64,000 bases of DNA from a virus. The stretch lies in the IMG/VR virus record IMGVR_UViG_3300010373_000001, positions 1 through 64,000 of that record; one strand, given 5' to 3'. Made by a program: the position numbers and the translations under genes. The notes beneath the pieces are model-generated. The model had not been told where the DNA came from. It did no database searches and was given only the letters and a program-made list of their open reading frames with translations. Each line of letters starts with the position of its first letter. Within the stretch, counting starts at the first letter, position 1. Positions 8,562 to 18,009 of this stretch are shown here, piece after piece.

Positions 8562-8930
8562 TCAGACTCTCTGCCCGTATGCTCTCTTAGACCAGAAGTC
8601 ACCAGCAGAACCAGTGCCATCACTTCTCCTGATAGCAGGAGACATAAGCTTTACGTTTCTTTCTGTGGCCGATGACTCTGCCGCATTCTTCTTGTAAAGG
8701 GTCGCACTGATATGGAACCTTGGTCCCTGTGCTTCCTTAATAAGAGTGCGACCGCGTACATTAGCAGTCTTACCCGGTGCAGTCCCGCCTGCGGTATTCT
8801 TACGCGGAACGCTGATAGTGTTGGCAGATCTCCTGCCACTTGCGTTTACGCAGTGCTTCATCCACTTGTCACCCATTGTAGGGAAACTGCTGGTTGACTT
8901 ACCGCCGTAGGAACGTGTAGAGGTTACCAT
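8562..8930 (-). CDS. small basic protein
   Basis: GAGGA RBS; 122 aa, K/R/S/T-rich. Confidence 0.65.
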   Translation of the reverse strand: MVTSTRSYGGKSTSSFPTMGDKWMKHCVNASGRRSANTISVPRKNTAGGTAPGKTANVRGRTLIKEAQGPRFHISATLYKKNAAESSATERNVKLMSPAIRRSDGTGSAGDFWSKRAYGQRV

Positions 8931-8940
8931 TTAATCCTCA

Positions 8941-9255
8941 TTAATTTGTATTGATCGTGTGGCTGAAATTAGGATTCAGTTGGTTGTATGTGCTGTCTGA
9001 ATAGCCATCATTCTTTGAGGGTAGCTGCCCATTAGGAGTTTGCCTCTGGGCATCAGCATCGCTATTCCCGTTCTGCGGGGATCTTATATTGAAATAAAGA
9101 TCCATAACAGAGTGAGGTCTGCGGGCAGCATCAGATGACTGCTGGTTAAACGCATTAGACGTAGCCTGAAGAGAATACGGGCTGCCAGTTGTGGCACCTG
9201 TTTTAAACTCAGCAGATCTTCCTGGTGCTGTAGTACTTCCTGTTACTGGAAGCAT
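8941..9255 (-). CDS. hypothetical low-complexity protein
   Basis: GAGGA RBS before ATG 9255 (MLPVTG). Confidence 0.6.
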   Translation of the reverse strand: MLPVTGSTTAPGRSAEFKTGATTGSPYSLQATSNAFNQQSSDAARRPHSVMDLYFNIRSPQNGNSDADAQRQTPNGQLPSKNDGYSDSTYNQLNPNFSHTINTN

Positions 9256-9262
9256 AGTTTCC

Positions 9263-9538
9263 TCACGTTGCAAAAATTTTGAATACTATTGCCGTTACCG
9301 TGCCGTCTGGCATGTCAACGTCAGTAAACCCTGGCCTCATTGATAGTGTAAGACCTCTGGCCCCCACATAGCTCTGAGCGATAGCTACAGCCTTGACAGC
9401 CTGATTGACTGCCGCCGCACCTATAGCCCTGAGGATGACTTTTCTTCCGTCATAAATACCGTGTGATATTGCTGAAGCGAGCGCTGGTGCAGAAGAACTG
9501 CCCTTTACTCTCAGTACTGTATCCTGTTCAGTAGACAT
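9263..9538 (-). CDS. spoVS: stage V sporulation protein S family (Alba-like nucleic acid-binding fold)
   Basis: VLRVKGSSSAPALASAI..RAIGAAAVNQAVKAVAIA..PGF; AGGAG RBS. Confidence 0.9.
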   Translation of the reverse strand: MSTEQDTVLRVKGSSSAPALASAISHGIYDGRKVILRAIGAAAVNQAVKAVAIAQSYVGARGLTLSMRPGFTDVDMPDGTVTAIVFKIFAT

Positions 9539-9579
9539 ATAATGCTCCTATAATAGCCTATTATTACATGTCTAGGATA

Positions 9580-9918
9580 TCACAGTTTAAGCGGCTCCAG
9601 CAGCTTGCAGAAATCCTCACCAGTCATGGTGACATACCACTTCATCGGGTCTGTCGTCCCTATTTTCTTGTGCCACACAACCCCTATATCGGCCCCGGCA
9701 TTCTTCTTCTCTGCCTCAGCCTCTTTCAGCCACTCAGACAGTAAAGTCCTTTTCTGATTTTTAACCTCTACAACTACCGCTAGGGGAGACATATCAATGT
9801 CTCCCCTGTCAGCGGCCCCCATAGGGGGATTTCTTTTTGCTGCAAATCCTTTTTCGAGAAGAGCGTTTACTACTGCTGTTTCAGCTTGCGTGCCCTTCTG
9901 CTTACTTCTGTTTACCAC
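9580..9918 (-). CDS. Holliday junction resolvase (Hjc-like PD-(D/E)xK)
   Basis: SKQKGTQAE, RGDID, VEVKN. Confidence 0.8.
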   Translation of the reverse strand: MVNRSKQKGTQAETAVVNALLEKGFAAKRNPPMGAADRGDIDMSPLAVVVEVKNQKRTLLSEWLKEAEAEKKNAGADIGVVWHKKIGTTDPMKWYVTMTGEDFCKLLEPLKL

Positions 9919-10801
9919 CTTTTGCCGCTATCTGTAGTCTGTTTTCCTCTTTTATATCTCCCCTGCGAAGATACGCCATACCTGTGCCCGCGATACTTCC
10001 GATGATGGCTGCAATTGGCACAGCCTCCATAAACGGGGCAAGATGCACAAGCAGGATAAGATTAAAAAATGTGAAGATGGCTGTCCATCGGAACGACATC
10101 GATACCATCGAAGCTTCTCTGACGTGTACTTTATGATCCTCTGTCAGTACTACGTCTTTTGTATCTTCACTGACATACTTCAGCATGTGATTCATGACGA
10201 AATCCAGATGATAGCCCAGTAGATCTTCGTCTGTCCGTCGATCAGCTTCCATGTAGTGTCTGTACCAGGATTCATACATGTCTTGCTCGAATCCTTCAGC
10301 GACATTAACTTTAACAAGCTTGTCGCATACTGAGCATCCTGTAGAAACCATCACCGGAAAAGTGTAGGTAAAGATCGCGGGGGGAATTTCCTGAATGGTG
10401 TTGTTAAACCCACCCTCACGGTACGGTATTACCTCAGATATATAAGTACTTCCCGCACCACCAGCGCCGCCGCCCCAGTTTTCTGTTCTGGTAGTTGATA
10501 TGACTTTCCCTGTACCAGTCAGAATTCCTGTACCAGTCAGCGTTGGGCTAGCTTGCTCGATGATAGCTTTGCTCCATAGCTCCTGAGTAGGAGTTGTCCC
10601 AAACTTCTTTCTTGTTCTCTCGTCAACTACGCCCATATCTATTCCGCTGTCTATGTACTCCAGGCATACCAGATTCTCTACCCCACCGCCGATTTCGTAG
10701 ATGTAGTGATAGTACCCGCCACCGAAATCAGCAGGTTCAAAAATTTCCTTGATTGTCTTGCCTGTTATAGTGCTGTATGATTCCTTAACATGCCTCCGCA
10801 T
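9902..10801 (-). CDS. hypothetical protein with C-terminal membrane segments
   Basis: AGGAGG RBS; CSVC motif; two hydrophobic helices near the C-terminus. Confidence 0.6.
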   Translation of the reverse strand: MRRHVKESYSTITGKTIKEIFEPADFGGGYYHYIYEIGGGVENLVCLEYIDSGIDMGVVDERTRKKFGTTPTQELWSKAIIEQASPTLTGTGILTGTGKVISTTRTENWGGGAGGAGSTYISEVIPYREGGFNNTIQEIPPAIFTYTFPVMVSTGCSVCDKLVKVNVAEGFEQDMYESWYRHYMEADRRTDEDLLGYHLDFVMNHMLKYVSEDTKDVVLTEDHKVHVREASMVSMSFRWTAIFTFFNLILLVHLAPFMEAVPIAAIIGSIAGTGMAYLRRGDIKEENRLQIAAKGGKQK

Positions 10802-10818
10802 TCTGCCCTCCTAAGCTG

Positions 10819-11235
10819 TTAGCTCAGTTTAGCAGCCCACTTCCACCATTCTTTCCTGGGCGGGCCGACTGCTTCCATTTCAGGGAACCTTACAGCAATT
10901 CCCTTTTTAAATGCATACTCACAGCAATCTCTTGTGCCGCGAGAGCTATCCACCGGGAAGCCTAGCACAAGATCAGCACCGCTGTCAACCATTTCGTGAT
11001 TACGAATCGGACCAGCCGCTCTACCGTGCTGATTCCAGTCCGCAATAAATCTTCGGAAGTTAGCCCGCGTAGCTTCCGCGTACATATAGGCGAAGAGATC
11101 GGCCCCCGTTGGGCAGTCCCCGAATTTTAGCATCAGAAGCAGCGGCGGTACTCCAAGATCATTGATCGCATCAAATATCAGTTCCCAGTCATAGTAGTCT
11201 CTGGAACCTGTGATGATAACTGTAGAAGAGTACAT
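10819..11235 (-). CDS. SLOG/DUF2493-family protein
   Basis: IITGSRD, GDCPTGAD, ADWNQHGRAAGPIRN, SRGT. Confidence 0.8.
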   Translation of the reverse strand: MYSSTVIITGSRDYYDWELIFDAINDLGVPPLLLMLKFGDCPTGADLFAYMYAEATRANFRRFIADWNQHGRAAGPIRNHEMVDSGADLVLGFPVDSSRGTRDCCEYAFKKGIAVRFPEMEAVGPPRKEWWKWAAKLS

Positions 11236-11236
11236 C

Positions 11237-11695
11237 TTAGTCCTTGGTGTAGGTTCTTCTGGTCAGTTCCCTTGATACCAGGAACTTAGCTCTGTCCAGC
11301 CTGCGGTAGATTGTCTCGATGACCTTACGGTAGGCATAGGCTGAGCTAACCTTATCTTCCTGCCGCGCATACCCTTCGTCCATCATGACGATAGATTTCA
11401 GTTCAGAGACAGTCTTAGCTTTACCCTTGTTGTCTATCTGAAGTCCTGCCGAAACAATGTCCAGCGCTGTCTGCTCACCCTTCTCGTCAATCTCTGCTGC
11501 TGCTAGCTGTACTTCTACGTATGATAGCCAGGATTCAAACTGCCCGAATAGTACCATTAGCTCTTCAGAATTGATTGCAGTGATATCGGGTGGCAGTTCC
11601 GGGATATTAAACTCCGGCTCGTCCGGAAGAGAAAATCCCTGACCTCTTACCTGCTTGACTGCGGTATGTGATGACATACCAAGTTTGTAGCTCAT
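11237..11695 (-). CDS. helical protein, possibly a UvsY-like recombination mediator
   Basis: 152 aa, all-helical, in the recombination block; function is a guess. Confidence 0.45.
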   Translation of the reverse strand: MSYKLGMSSHTAVKQVRGQGFSLPDEPEFNIPELPPDITAINSEELMVLFGQFESWLSYVEVQLAAAEIDEKGEQTALDIVSAGLQIDNKGKAKTVSELKSIVMMDEGYARQEDKVSSAYAYRKVIETIYRRLDRAKFLVSRELTRRTYTKD

Positions 11696-11940
11696 TCTTC
11701 CCTCTTACATGGGGCGGTCTTAGTTGCCTGGTAAACGATTCGCTTTAGCTGCTCTTCAACCTCAGTCGGTCCTACGTGCTGGTACTTCTCACAGTCTCTC
11801 ACAGCCGCTTCCTTTGTGTCCCTGACATGGATAAGGTGACGATACCCGAAGCCCTCGATAACGTAGGAGATATACTGAGTCTTATATGTAGGTCTATCCT
11901 CGTCTGAGACTGTTTTTCTGTTCTTAAACATCTTTCTCAT
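11692..11940 (-). CDS. hypothetical protein
   Basis: 82 aa, overlaps both neighbours. Confidence 0.55.
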   Translation of the reverse strand: MRKMFKNRKTVSDEDRPTYKTQYISYVIEGFGYRHLIHVRDTKEAAVRDCEKYQHVGPTEVEEQLKRIVYQATKTAPCKREE

Positions 11941-12904
11941 ATGCTCTGCAAAGAGAGCATCCTCCTTTTCCGTGCGGGCACTCAGGAGGTTTCCCTTCTG
12001 TGAGCGCCGATTTTATGGATTCGACATTGACTAGCATAGGCTGGAGGATATCATCTGACGGGTACACAATAAACTCACGAACCTGCTGGTTGGCCTTGAA
12101 TTCGTACAGGAACACGATCTTGTCGAACGGCATACCCATTTCCTTAGCCATCCACAGATAGATGTTGCCCTGCTTAACGTGAGCTAACAGTGGACGGTGA
12201 ATAGATTTCCACATACCCTCAACGTCGTTGATAGTTTTAGTGCCGATTTTCAGCGTGTTATTCTCGAAAATCGTCGGGGCTTCGAACTTCAGTGTGCCTA
12301 TGCCGACTGACTTGATTTCGATCAGGCAATCATGCTTGATCAGGCCACCATCAGCATGCCCGGAAACAGGCAGCGAAGTTGATCTAAGTGTAACCTCACG
12401 ATACTCCCACTCATGTTCGTGACTTGAAGCTGGATAGTTTGGCTGCCAGTTAATGTAGTCAGGAGTAAGCGGGGGCTTTACTGAGTTAGAGATCCTAGTA
12501 TCACACTTCCCGCAGTACCAGTCTCCCCAGAGGAGTCCTGTATCCGATAGCCAATCCTGCCACTTAGAATGAATTCTGTTTCCCTCGGAGAAGACATTCT
12601 CCAGTGTGAATGAATATCTGCCAGGTGGTTCTGGCATTCCTGACATTCTGTAATATGTTGCTCTAGGGCACCAATCGGCTCTAGCCATTTCGGATGGATA
12701 GACAACATTACTTCTTCTCCTGCCTCTTTCCGCATTCTTATGATGACGGGCCAGAAGAACCTTCTTTATCTCCGGCAGTACTAGCCCGGACATAGCTTTT
12801 ATTTCTGAGTAGTCAGCGAAGTCGCCTGTTTTCTCAACTCTTTTTCTCGTCGGTCCCGTCGTATCTTTCTTAAGTTTTGCAAGGCGTCTTGCTCGCTCGT
12901 CCAT
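11924..12904 (-). CDS. Cas4-like/RecB-family exonuclease (solo)
   Basis: PSEM..WCPR, GNRIH, GHADG, IEIKS, QGNIY, C-terminal CPH..CSLC; GGAG before ATG 12904. Confidence 0.8.
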   Translation of the reverse strand: MDERARRLAKLKKDTTGPTRKRVEKTGDFADYSEIKAMSGLVLPEIKKVLLARHHKNAERGRRRSNVVYPSEMARADWCPRATYYRMSGMPEPPGRYSFTLENVFSEGNRIHSKWQDWLSDTGLLWGDWYCGKCDTRISNSVKPPLTPDYINWQPNYPASSHEHEWEYREVTLRSTSLPVSGHADGGLIKHDCLIEIKSVGIGTLKFEAPTIFENNTLKIGTKTINDVEGMWKSIHRPLLAHVKQGNIYLWMAKEMGMPFDKIVFLYEFKANQQVREFIVYPSDDILQPMLVNVESIKSALTEGKPPECPHGKGGCSLCRAYEKDV

Positions 12905-13197
12905 TCCCACTCCGGTCTAGCTTCCCCTTTTTCCGGGGGAAACCTCTTCCTGATTGCTTTCCGCGTTGTTTCACTTGTTCCGCCCCAGACTCCCTCTTTG
13001 CAGTTATTCGTGAGCGCAAAAATGAGGCACTCATGGCGTATAGGGCAGACCACATTATCCGCCGAACCGTTGCAGAACTCAAGAGCCGGAATATTATCTT
13101 CTTCGTCAAAAAAAGGATCATAGTCTCGGGACAGCGGAACGTTCTTGCATTTGGCTTTCGACCAGTCCGGAGGGTTCTGCCTCAAATGTAGTACCAT
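12799..13197 (-). CDS. whiB: WhiB-family Fe-S transcription factor
   Basis: WSKAKC..FF..FC..CPIRHECL..GVWGGTSETTR (four Cys plus GVWGG turn). Confidence 0.9.
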   Translation of the reverse strand: MVLHLRQNPPDWSKAKCKNVPLSRDYDPFFDEEDNIPALEFCNGSADNVVCPIRHECLIFALTNNCKEGVWGGTSETTRKAIRKRFPPEKGEARPEWEWTSEQDALQNLRKIRRDRREKELRKQATSLTTQK

Positions 13198-13200
13198 TAA

Positions 13201-13560
13201 TCATTGTATTTCTCCCTCACTGATATCATAAGACCCTGCGTACTTAGCTATCTGCCTGAACATGATGAAATCTTCCTTGTCAAGCACAACCACGGTCATG
13301 CCGTCCTCAGCAAACTCTACCTCAAATACAGGGGTCTTATTGTCTAATAGTGCGTTGTCCCACAACTTCCTCAGTTCCCTGGAATCCAGAGGGTAGATAG
13401 ATTTCGTGGTTGTTTTCATTTCTATCATTTCAGCGGAAGTTACGATGTCACCTTTAGAGTGCCACTGATTTCCGCTGCCAGGGGTAAGGTGCCCACCATA
13501 CTGACGGGCACCTCGCCTCTCCTGAATTTTACTTCTACGCTGATGTACCGTTCTGGTCAT
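13201..13560 (-). CDS. PD-(D/E)xK nuclease, resolvase-like
   Basis: QERRGA..PGSGNQWHSKGDI..IEMKTT; AGGA RBS before ATG 13560. Confidence 0.7.
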   Translation of the reverse strand: MTRTVHQRRSKIQERRGARQYGGHLTPGSGNQWHSKGDIVTSAEMIEMKTTTKSIYPLDSRELRKLWDNALLDNKTPVFEVEFAEDGMTVVVLDKEDFIMFRQIAKYAGSYDISEGEIQ

Positions 13561-13798
13561 TATTCCTGTACGTTTCGTAAAGGGTTGCCCTGACTTCATC
13601 CTGAACAAACAATTCAGCGAACGCGAGGAATCCAAGAGCCTCGATATTGCTCAGTCCCTTGGAATTCATTACTGAATAAGTTTCGTTGCCCTCGCTATCC
13701 ATCCCCTTAGCAATAACAATTGCTGAGATAGGGGAAATCGTAACTCCCTCTTCGTCTACCCAGTCAAGAGGCAGACCTAGTGCTGTGTAATCATTCAC
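13535..13798 (-). CDS. hypothetical protein
   Basis: 87 aa, colinear. Confidence 0.6.
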   Translation of the reverse strand: MNDYTALGLPLDWVDEEGVTISPISAIVIAKGMDSEGNETYSVMNSKGLSNIEALGFLAFAELFVQDEVRATLYETYRNNDQNGTSA

Positions 13799-14915
13799 TG
13801 CTTAGTGCTCCAATTCCGCGACGGGTTCCGTTATCCGCCGCATTAGCTATGTTCTCAGGCAAGATCTGGTCAACAAGCTTTGGATCACTTGCTGCCTCTA
13901 GAACCTGGACAGCAAGATCTGCTCTCAGTTCGTTATCTGCCTTGATTGCTCCGATTGCGTTTTCCTTGCCCTGCCACTTATGTTCACCGTAGTAGTACCA
14001 GGCACCAGACTTCCTGATTACCCCGAAAAGGACTCCCATGATGAAGTATTCTTTTCCGAGATCGTAATCTCCTCGGTTAAAACCGAGGTAAGGCGCACCT
14101 CTAAAGTAGAAGTCAACGGCAGCAGTTTGCTGAGGAGCGGCCGACTTATTCTTGACAGTTCTGAGACGGATAGCCTGTCCGACTTTAACCGGATCAGGTA
14201 TTCCTGGTCTTTTCTCAGTGATGAAATCATCCCGCGCAACTTCAAGTCGAGCATAGAAGAAATAGTCTTTGCCGTGTCCTCCGGGCGTAGTCTGAGGAAC
14301 CCCATAGCGAGCAAACCCACCGATTTTATCTCGATACTGATTGATAATAATCCCCAGGAGAGGTCGCTCTGTTCCGTCTGATGCACGTTTTGTTGCCTTT
14401 CCTGCTTTCCTGGTGAACTTGTTCATAAGACGAGCACCTACCGCAGTAGTAAACTCGTCCATAGCCTTATCAGCTTCCTCGCCAGGAATCAGGGCAGGAT
14501 AAGAGTCAAGAACAATCATATCCACGCCACGGGATTCTGCTGCCTCAAGCATAAGCTCGAAAGCTAGCTCCATTTCCTGTGTAGGGATGATAGCCACTCT
14601 TGAGTTGTCTACTCCTAGTGCTGTAGCCTGATCAACGTCATAGGCTTCAGCAGCAATCCACAGAACCGCAAAATCTGGATCTGCTGCCTGATTTGCTGCT
14701 ACGGTCTTATAGGCGATAGCAGTTTTACCTGCTGATTCCTTGCCGATAATCTCTACCCACTGACCGGCAGGCCAGCCGCCGCCCAATGCAATATCAAGAG
14801 CCAGGGAGCCTGAGGTAAATCTTTTAGGTACTGCCAGGGCTGATGCCATAAGCATCGTGCCGTCGCCAAACGATTTGTTGATGCTATTCATAAGCATCTG
14901 TGTCTCGGGCCTCAT
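13791..14915 (-). CDS. recA: RecA recombinase
   Basis: SGSLALDIALGGG, GKESAGKT Walker A, IVLDS, INQYRDKIG, TTPGG, KNK, GAWY. Confidence 0.95.
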   Translation of the reverse strand: MRPETQMLMNSINKSFGDGTMLMASALAVPKRFTSGSLALDIALGGGWPAGQWVEIIGKESAGKTAIAYKTVAANQAADPDFAVLWIAAEAYDVDQATALGVDNSRVAIIPTQEMELAFELMLEAAESRGVDMIVLDSYPALIPGEEADKAMDEFTTAVGARLMNKFTRKAGKATKRASDGTERPLLGIIINQYRDKIGGFARYGVPQTTPGGHGKDYFFYARLEVARDDFITEKRPGIPDPVKVGQAIRLRTVKNKSAAPQQTAAVDFYFRGAPYLGFNRGDYDLGKEYFIMGVLFGVIRKSGAWYYYGEHKWQGKENAIGAIKADNELRADLAVQVLEAASDPKLVDQILPENIANAADNGTRRGIGALSSE

Positions 14916-15196
14916 ATAATGCCATCTTCCCTTAGCTCTTCTGTGGCAGCGGCATGTCCTTCTGCGTAGCCCTCTTCATGACCGTACATATGACCATCAT
15001 CGTAGCCTACGTTGTATCCTTCTTCCCTAACTTCCTCTGCTACATCTGAGTTCGCAAACTGCTCGATCAGGTATTCTTCTATCGTGTTAAGGAAATCCTT
15101 CTTTAAGTACTCAATTTCAATTAGATCAAGAACCGATCTTCCCATTTTGTCTATTTCTCTTAGGAGTTCAGTTAGTTCTTTTTCTATATCAATCAT
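14912..15196 (-). CDS. hypothetical protein with GYxxG repeats
   Basis: start MIDIEKEL overlaps the upstream small gene; EGYNVGYDDGHMYGHEEGYAEG. Confidence 0.6.
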   Translation of the reverse strand: MIDIEKELTELLREIDKMGRSVLDLIEIEYLKKDFLNTIEEYLIEQFANSDVAEEVREEGYNVGYDDGHMYGHEEGYAEGHAAATEELREDGII

Positions 15197-15344
15197 CTTC
15201 GCAAAGTTCCTGTATAAAGTCCCATAGGTCACGCTCGGTCGATGTTATCGGGTGAGCATGGCCTCTTCGCTCAACTACTGTGGTATATTCAGATATTTCC
15301 CTTACCTTGATACCAAGTTTTTCTTCAGCGTCTTTTCGTTTCAT
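15189..15344 (-). CDS. 51-aa hypothetical protein missing from the ORF track
   Basis: ATGA overlap with the stop at 15341; MKRKDAEEKLGIKVREISEYTTVVERRGHAHPITSTERDLWDFIQELCEDD fills the gap exactly. Confidence 0.65.
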   Translation of the reverse strand: MKRKDAEEKLGIKVREISEYTTVVERRGHAHPITSTERDLWDFIQELCEDD

Positions 15345-15784
15345 TCACCTACCATTGCCGCATCGGCCGGGTTAGGATGATAGTTATTCAGCATCTTCCC
15401 ACCAGCATTAGTCTGCATAGCCATTTGCGGCGGTCCCTCCATCGTTACTGCCTGTGGCAGAGTTCTGTCATGAACTTCCCTGCCCTCATTGTGACCGCAA
15501 TCCCAGCATCTTCTGCCAACATCAGATCTGGCTTTCATATAATTTCCGCTACCACACATCGGGCAGGTCGCCTGCGATCTTAGATGGTCTGCCTTGCTGT
15601 AGTCGTGACCATCTGCCCCTATATGGCTCTGTGATGGCCCTGGAGCCGTTGGAACGGGATTCTGTGCAGTTGACCCTAGGGTAGTTCCTTGCGCCCACCA
15701 CGGACCATCTGAGCGCGGTGGAGGCTGATTAGCTCTAGCCTCTGCCTCTTGCTGTTCTCTGATACGTTCCCAGAAATTAGGCAT
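15341..15784 (-). CDS. zinc-ribbon protein
   Basis: CPMCGSGNY..RCWDCG. Confidence 0.7.
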   Translation of the reverse strand: MPNFWERIREQQEAEARANQPPPRSDGPWWAQGTTLGSTAQNPVPTAPGPSQSHIGADGHDYSKADHLRSQATCPMCGSGNYMKARSDVGRRCWDCGHNEGREVHDRTLPQAVTMEGPPQMAMQTNAGGKMLNNYHPNPADAAMVGE

Positions 15785-15968
15785 TATTTCCGTCCGGGTA
15801 CTCGTATCTGTACTCAGATTTACTGATCAGCTTTCTCCATGCCGGGCAATGCTTGCAAATCTCAATATAAGTTTGCTCACTATATCTGTCCGTTATAGTT
15901 CCAGAGCCATCAGAAGTCTGGCTATAGCAGTGCCCGCCGATTTTCAGGCACTCTTCTTCTGTAATCAT
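15777..15968 (-). CDS. small Cys/His protein
   Basis: CLKIGGHC..CKHC; ATGA coupling. Confidence 0.6.
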   Translation of the reverse strand: MITEEECLKIGGHCYSQTSDGSGTITDRYSEQTYIEICKHCPAWRKLISKSEYRYEYPDGNNA

Positions 15969-17998
15969 TTAGCTTCCGACCATCTTGTAGCGGCGTTTAC
16001 ATCAATCTTCAGTGGAACCCTCAAACCTAGCTTGTCAACAAGATCCTGTCCTGTCATTGCCTCGGTGAGAATATCCTTAGCCTCCTGAACCCTGTCTACA
16101 GGGCTTATGAGAACCAGTTCGTCATGAACCGTCAAACTCAATCTTATCTCAGGCGGAAGCATCCTGTCAACCCTTACCATGGCATATTTCAGGATATCCG
16201 CTGCACCACCCTGAATGAGAGAATTGAAGATCTGTCTCTCAGCGCCCATCCTGTGACCCTCATTAAGAGATCTCAGTGCGGGTACTCTTCTCTTCCTGCC
16301 GGAAAGAGTTGTGATGTACGGAACTTTCCTCGATCTTGCCTTGTCGATAACTTGCTGCTTAAACAGATGAACCTCAGGAAACATCTGAGCGTGCTTCTTA
16401 AGAAGCGCCTTAGCTGCTCTGACATCAACCTTAGCCATAGAAGCTACCTTGTTAAGACCGGCACCGTAGACCACAGCAAAACCAAGAGTTTTACCTAGAT
16501 CCTGCCTGATAACCTTGGCTTCCTTATCACCAGCCCTTACCCTGGCCGCAAACTCTACCGGGTTCTGGTCAGTAACCATAGCCGCTGTTACCGAGTGAGG
16601 ATCGATACCGTTCATGAAAGCGTCAAACAGACCGCCATGACCGATATAGTGAGCCAGAACAACTAGCTCAATCTGCTCATAATCCGCTACTACCAACTGA
16701 CAGCCATCGTCAGCAATGAAGATTCCCCGGATCAGGTTACCTAGCTCAGTAGACGGTCTGGGGATATTCTGAAGATTCGGCTTTTTGCAGGAAAATCTTC
16801 CTGTCACCGTACCGTACTGCTGGAATCCTGCATGAATTCTCTCATTGAACACCAGCTTGTCAGATTTCCCGTAACCGAGATATGAGTCAACATACGTATT
16901 CAGCAATTTACCGATATCGCCGTATTCCCTCATGGCCGCGCAAACCGGGTTTCCCTCAAACATTTCCAGCACACTGTCATCCGTGCTGTAATCCCTGATG
17001 GTAAGGTTGCCTCCTGACTGCTGATGCTTCTTACCGCCATCTGTCAGCTTGAAAGGCTTTAGCCCCTGACCATCTGGCTTAGGACCGAAGAGGATCTGCT
17101 GTCTTTGCAGAGGAGAGTTGATATTGAACTTTCTCCCGGCTTTCAGGTAAACATCTGCTTCAGCATCTTTCAGCTTGGCAGTCAGATCAACATGAAGTTC
17201 CTCAAGTCTCTCAAGATCAACTCTTGCGCCGGTTATTCTCATTTCACACATAACCTTGAGGATATCCATTTCAAGGCTGTAAACTTCCTCAAGACCCTCA
17301 GACACAATCAGCGGATAAGTGTCCTTATCGAGAAACCATGCATATTTGGCGTCACAGTAAGAATAGTAAGCTACCAGACTGAACGGGTGCTTCTCAACAC
17401 ACGAACCGATGTTCTCGAAGTCATATTTGAAACCGTACTTCTCTTCAGTTATATCTTTCAATCCCCATCGCATGCGATTTTCGTTCAGAAGCCACTGTCC
17501 GGTTTTCGTGCAACGGTATGGCCCCGGTGGCAAAAACCCAAGATAGAGTGAACAGGAAACTAGGTCATATATGACATCGTGACCTATCTTGACAAGATTG
17601 CTCCTGAACAGCGGGGTAAGAATCCGGAACACTGTCCCGCGATCCAGTTGCGCTGGTGGGGCTTCATATACTGGTACAGACTTTCTGTAAGTCTGCCCTA
17701 TTTTCTTTCCTGACTCATACGTAGCCAGAACTTTGTCAGTGCCTATGATGTTGTCGCCAATAGGATGACCGAACGGTATCACACAGGCAAACCCATCGGT
17801 TGCCAGGCTGATCCAAGAGAGGTTAGCCAGATTAGGCATCCCTCTGTTCTCACCCTGAGCCTCAACGTCAAAGGCGAACGCTTCCTTAGTCAGAATGTAC
17901 TCAACAGCGTTCTGAAGATCTTGCTCCGTCAGGATAACAGCAGGTATCACAGTGTTCCCTTCAGGATATGAAGATGGCCCGCCGAAGCGGGCCATCAT
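15965..17998 (-). CDS. polA: DNA polymerase, family A, with 3'-5' exonuclease domain
   Basis: FDVE (ExoI), YCDA (ExoIII), TVTGRFS, NLQNIP, ADYEQIEL (A), KTLGFAVVYG (B), VHDEL (C). Confidence 0.95.
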   Translation of the reverse strand: MMARFGGPSSYPEGNTVIPAVILTEQDLQNAVEYILTKEAFAFDVEAQGENRGMPNLANLSWISLATDGFACVIPFGHPIGDNIIGTDKVLATYESGKKIGQTYRKSVPVYEAPPAQLDRGTVFRILTPLFRSNLVKIGHDVIYDLVSCSLYLGFLPPGPYRCTKTGQWLLNENRMRWGLKDITEEKYGFKYDFENIGSCVEKHPFSLVAYYSYCDAKYAWFLDKDTYPLIVSEGLEEVYSLEMDILKVMCEMRITGARVDLERLEELHVDLTAKLKDAEADVYLKAGRKFNINSPLQRQQILFGPKPDGQGLKPFKLTDGGKKHQQSGGNLTIRDYSTDDSVLEMFEGNPVCAAMREYGDIGKLLNTYVDSYLGYGKSDKLVFNERIHAGFQQYGTVTGRFSCKKPNLQNIPRPSTELGNLIRGIFIADDGCQLVVADYEQIELVVLAHYIGHGGLFDAFMNGIDPHSVTAAMVTDQNPVEFAARVRAGDKEAKVIRQDLGKTLGFAVVYGAGLNKVASMAKVDVRAAKALLKKHAQMFPEVHLFKQQVIDKARSRKVPYITTLSGRKRRVPALRSLNEGHRMGAERQIFNSLIQGGAADILKYAMVRVDRMLPPEIRLSLTVHDELVLISPVDRVQEAKDILTEAMTGQDLVDKLGLRVPLKIDVNAATRWSEAK

Positions 17999-18009
17999 CT
18001 GAACTAACG

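Noticed and set aside
10509-10540. Short direct repeat CCTGTACCAGTCAG x2
   Set aside because: It is an in-frame coding duplication (LTGTG twice), not an array or att site
11924-12904. CRISPR-Cas system suggested by the Cas4-like gene
   Set aside because: I saw no repeat-spacer array or other cas genes; solo Cas4-like nucleases are common in phage recombination blocks
15275-15292. Plus-strand TGTGGTATATT extended -10
   Set aside because: It has no -35 and lies inside the 15189..15344 coding sequence
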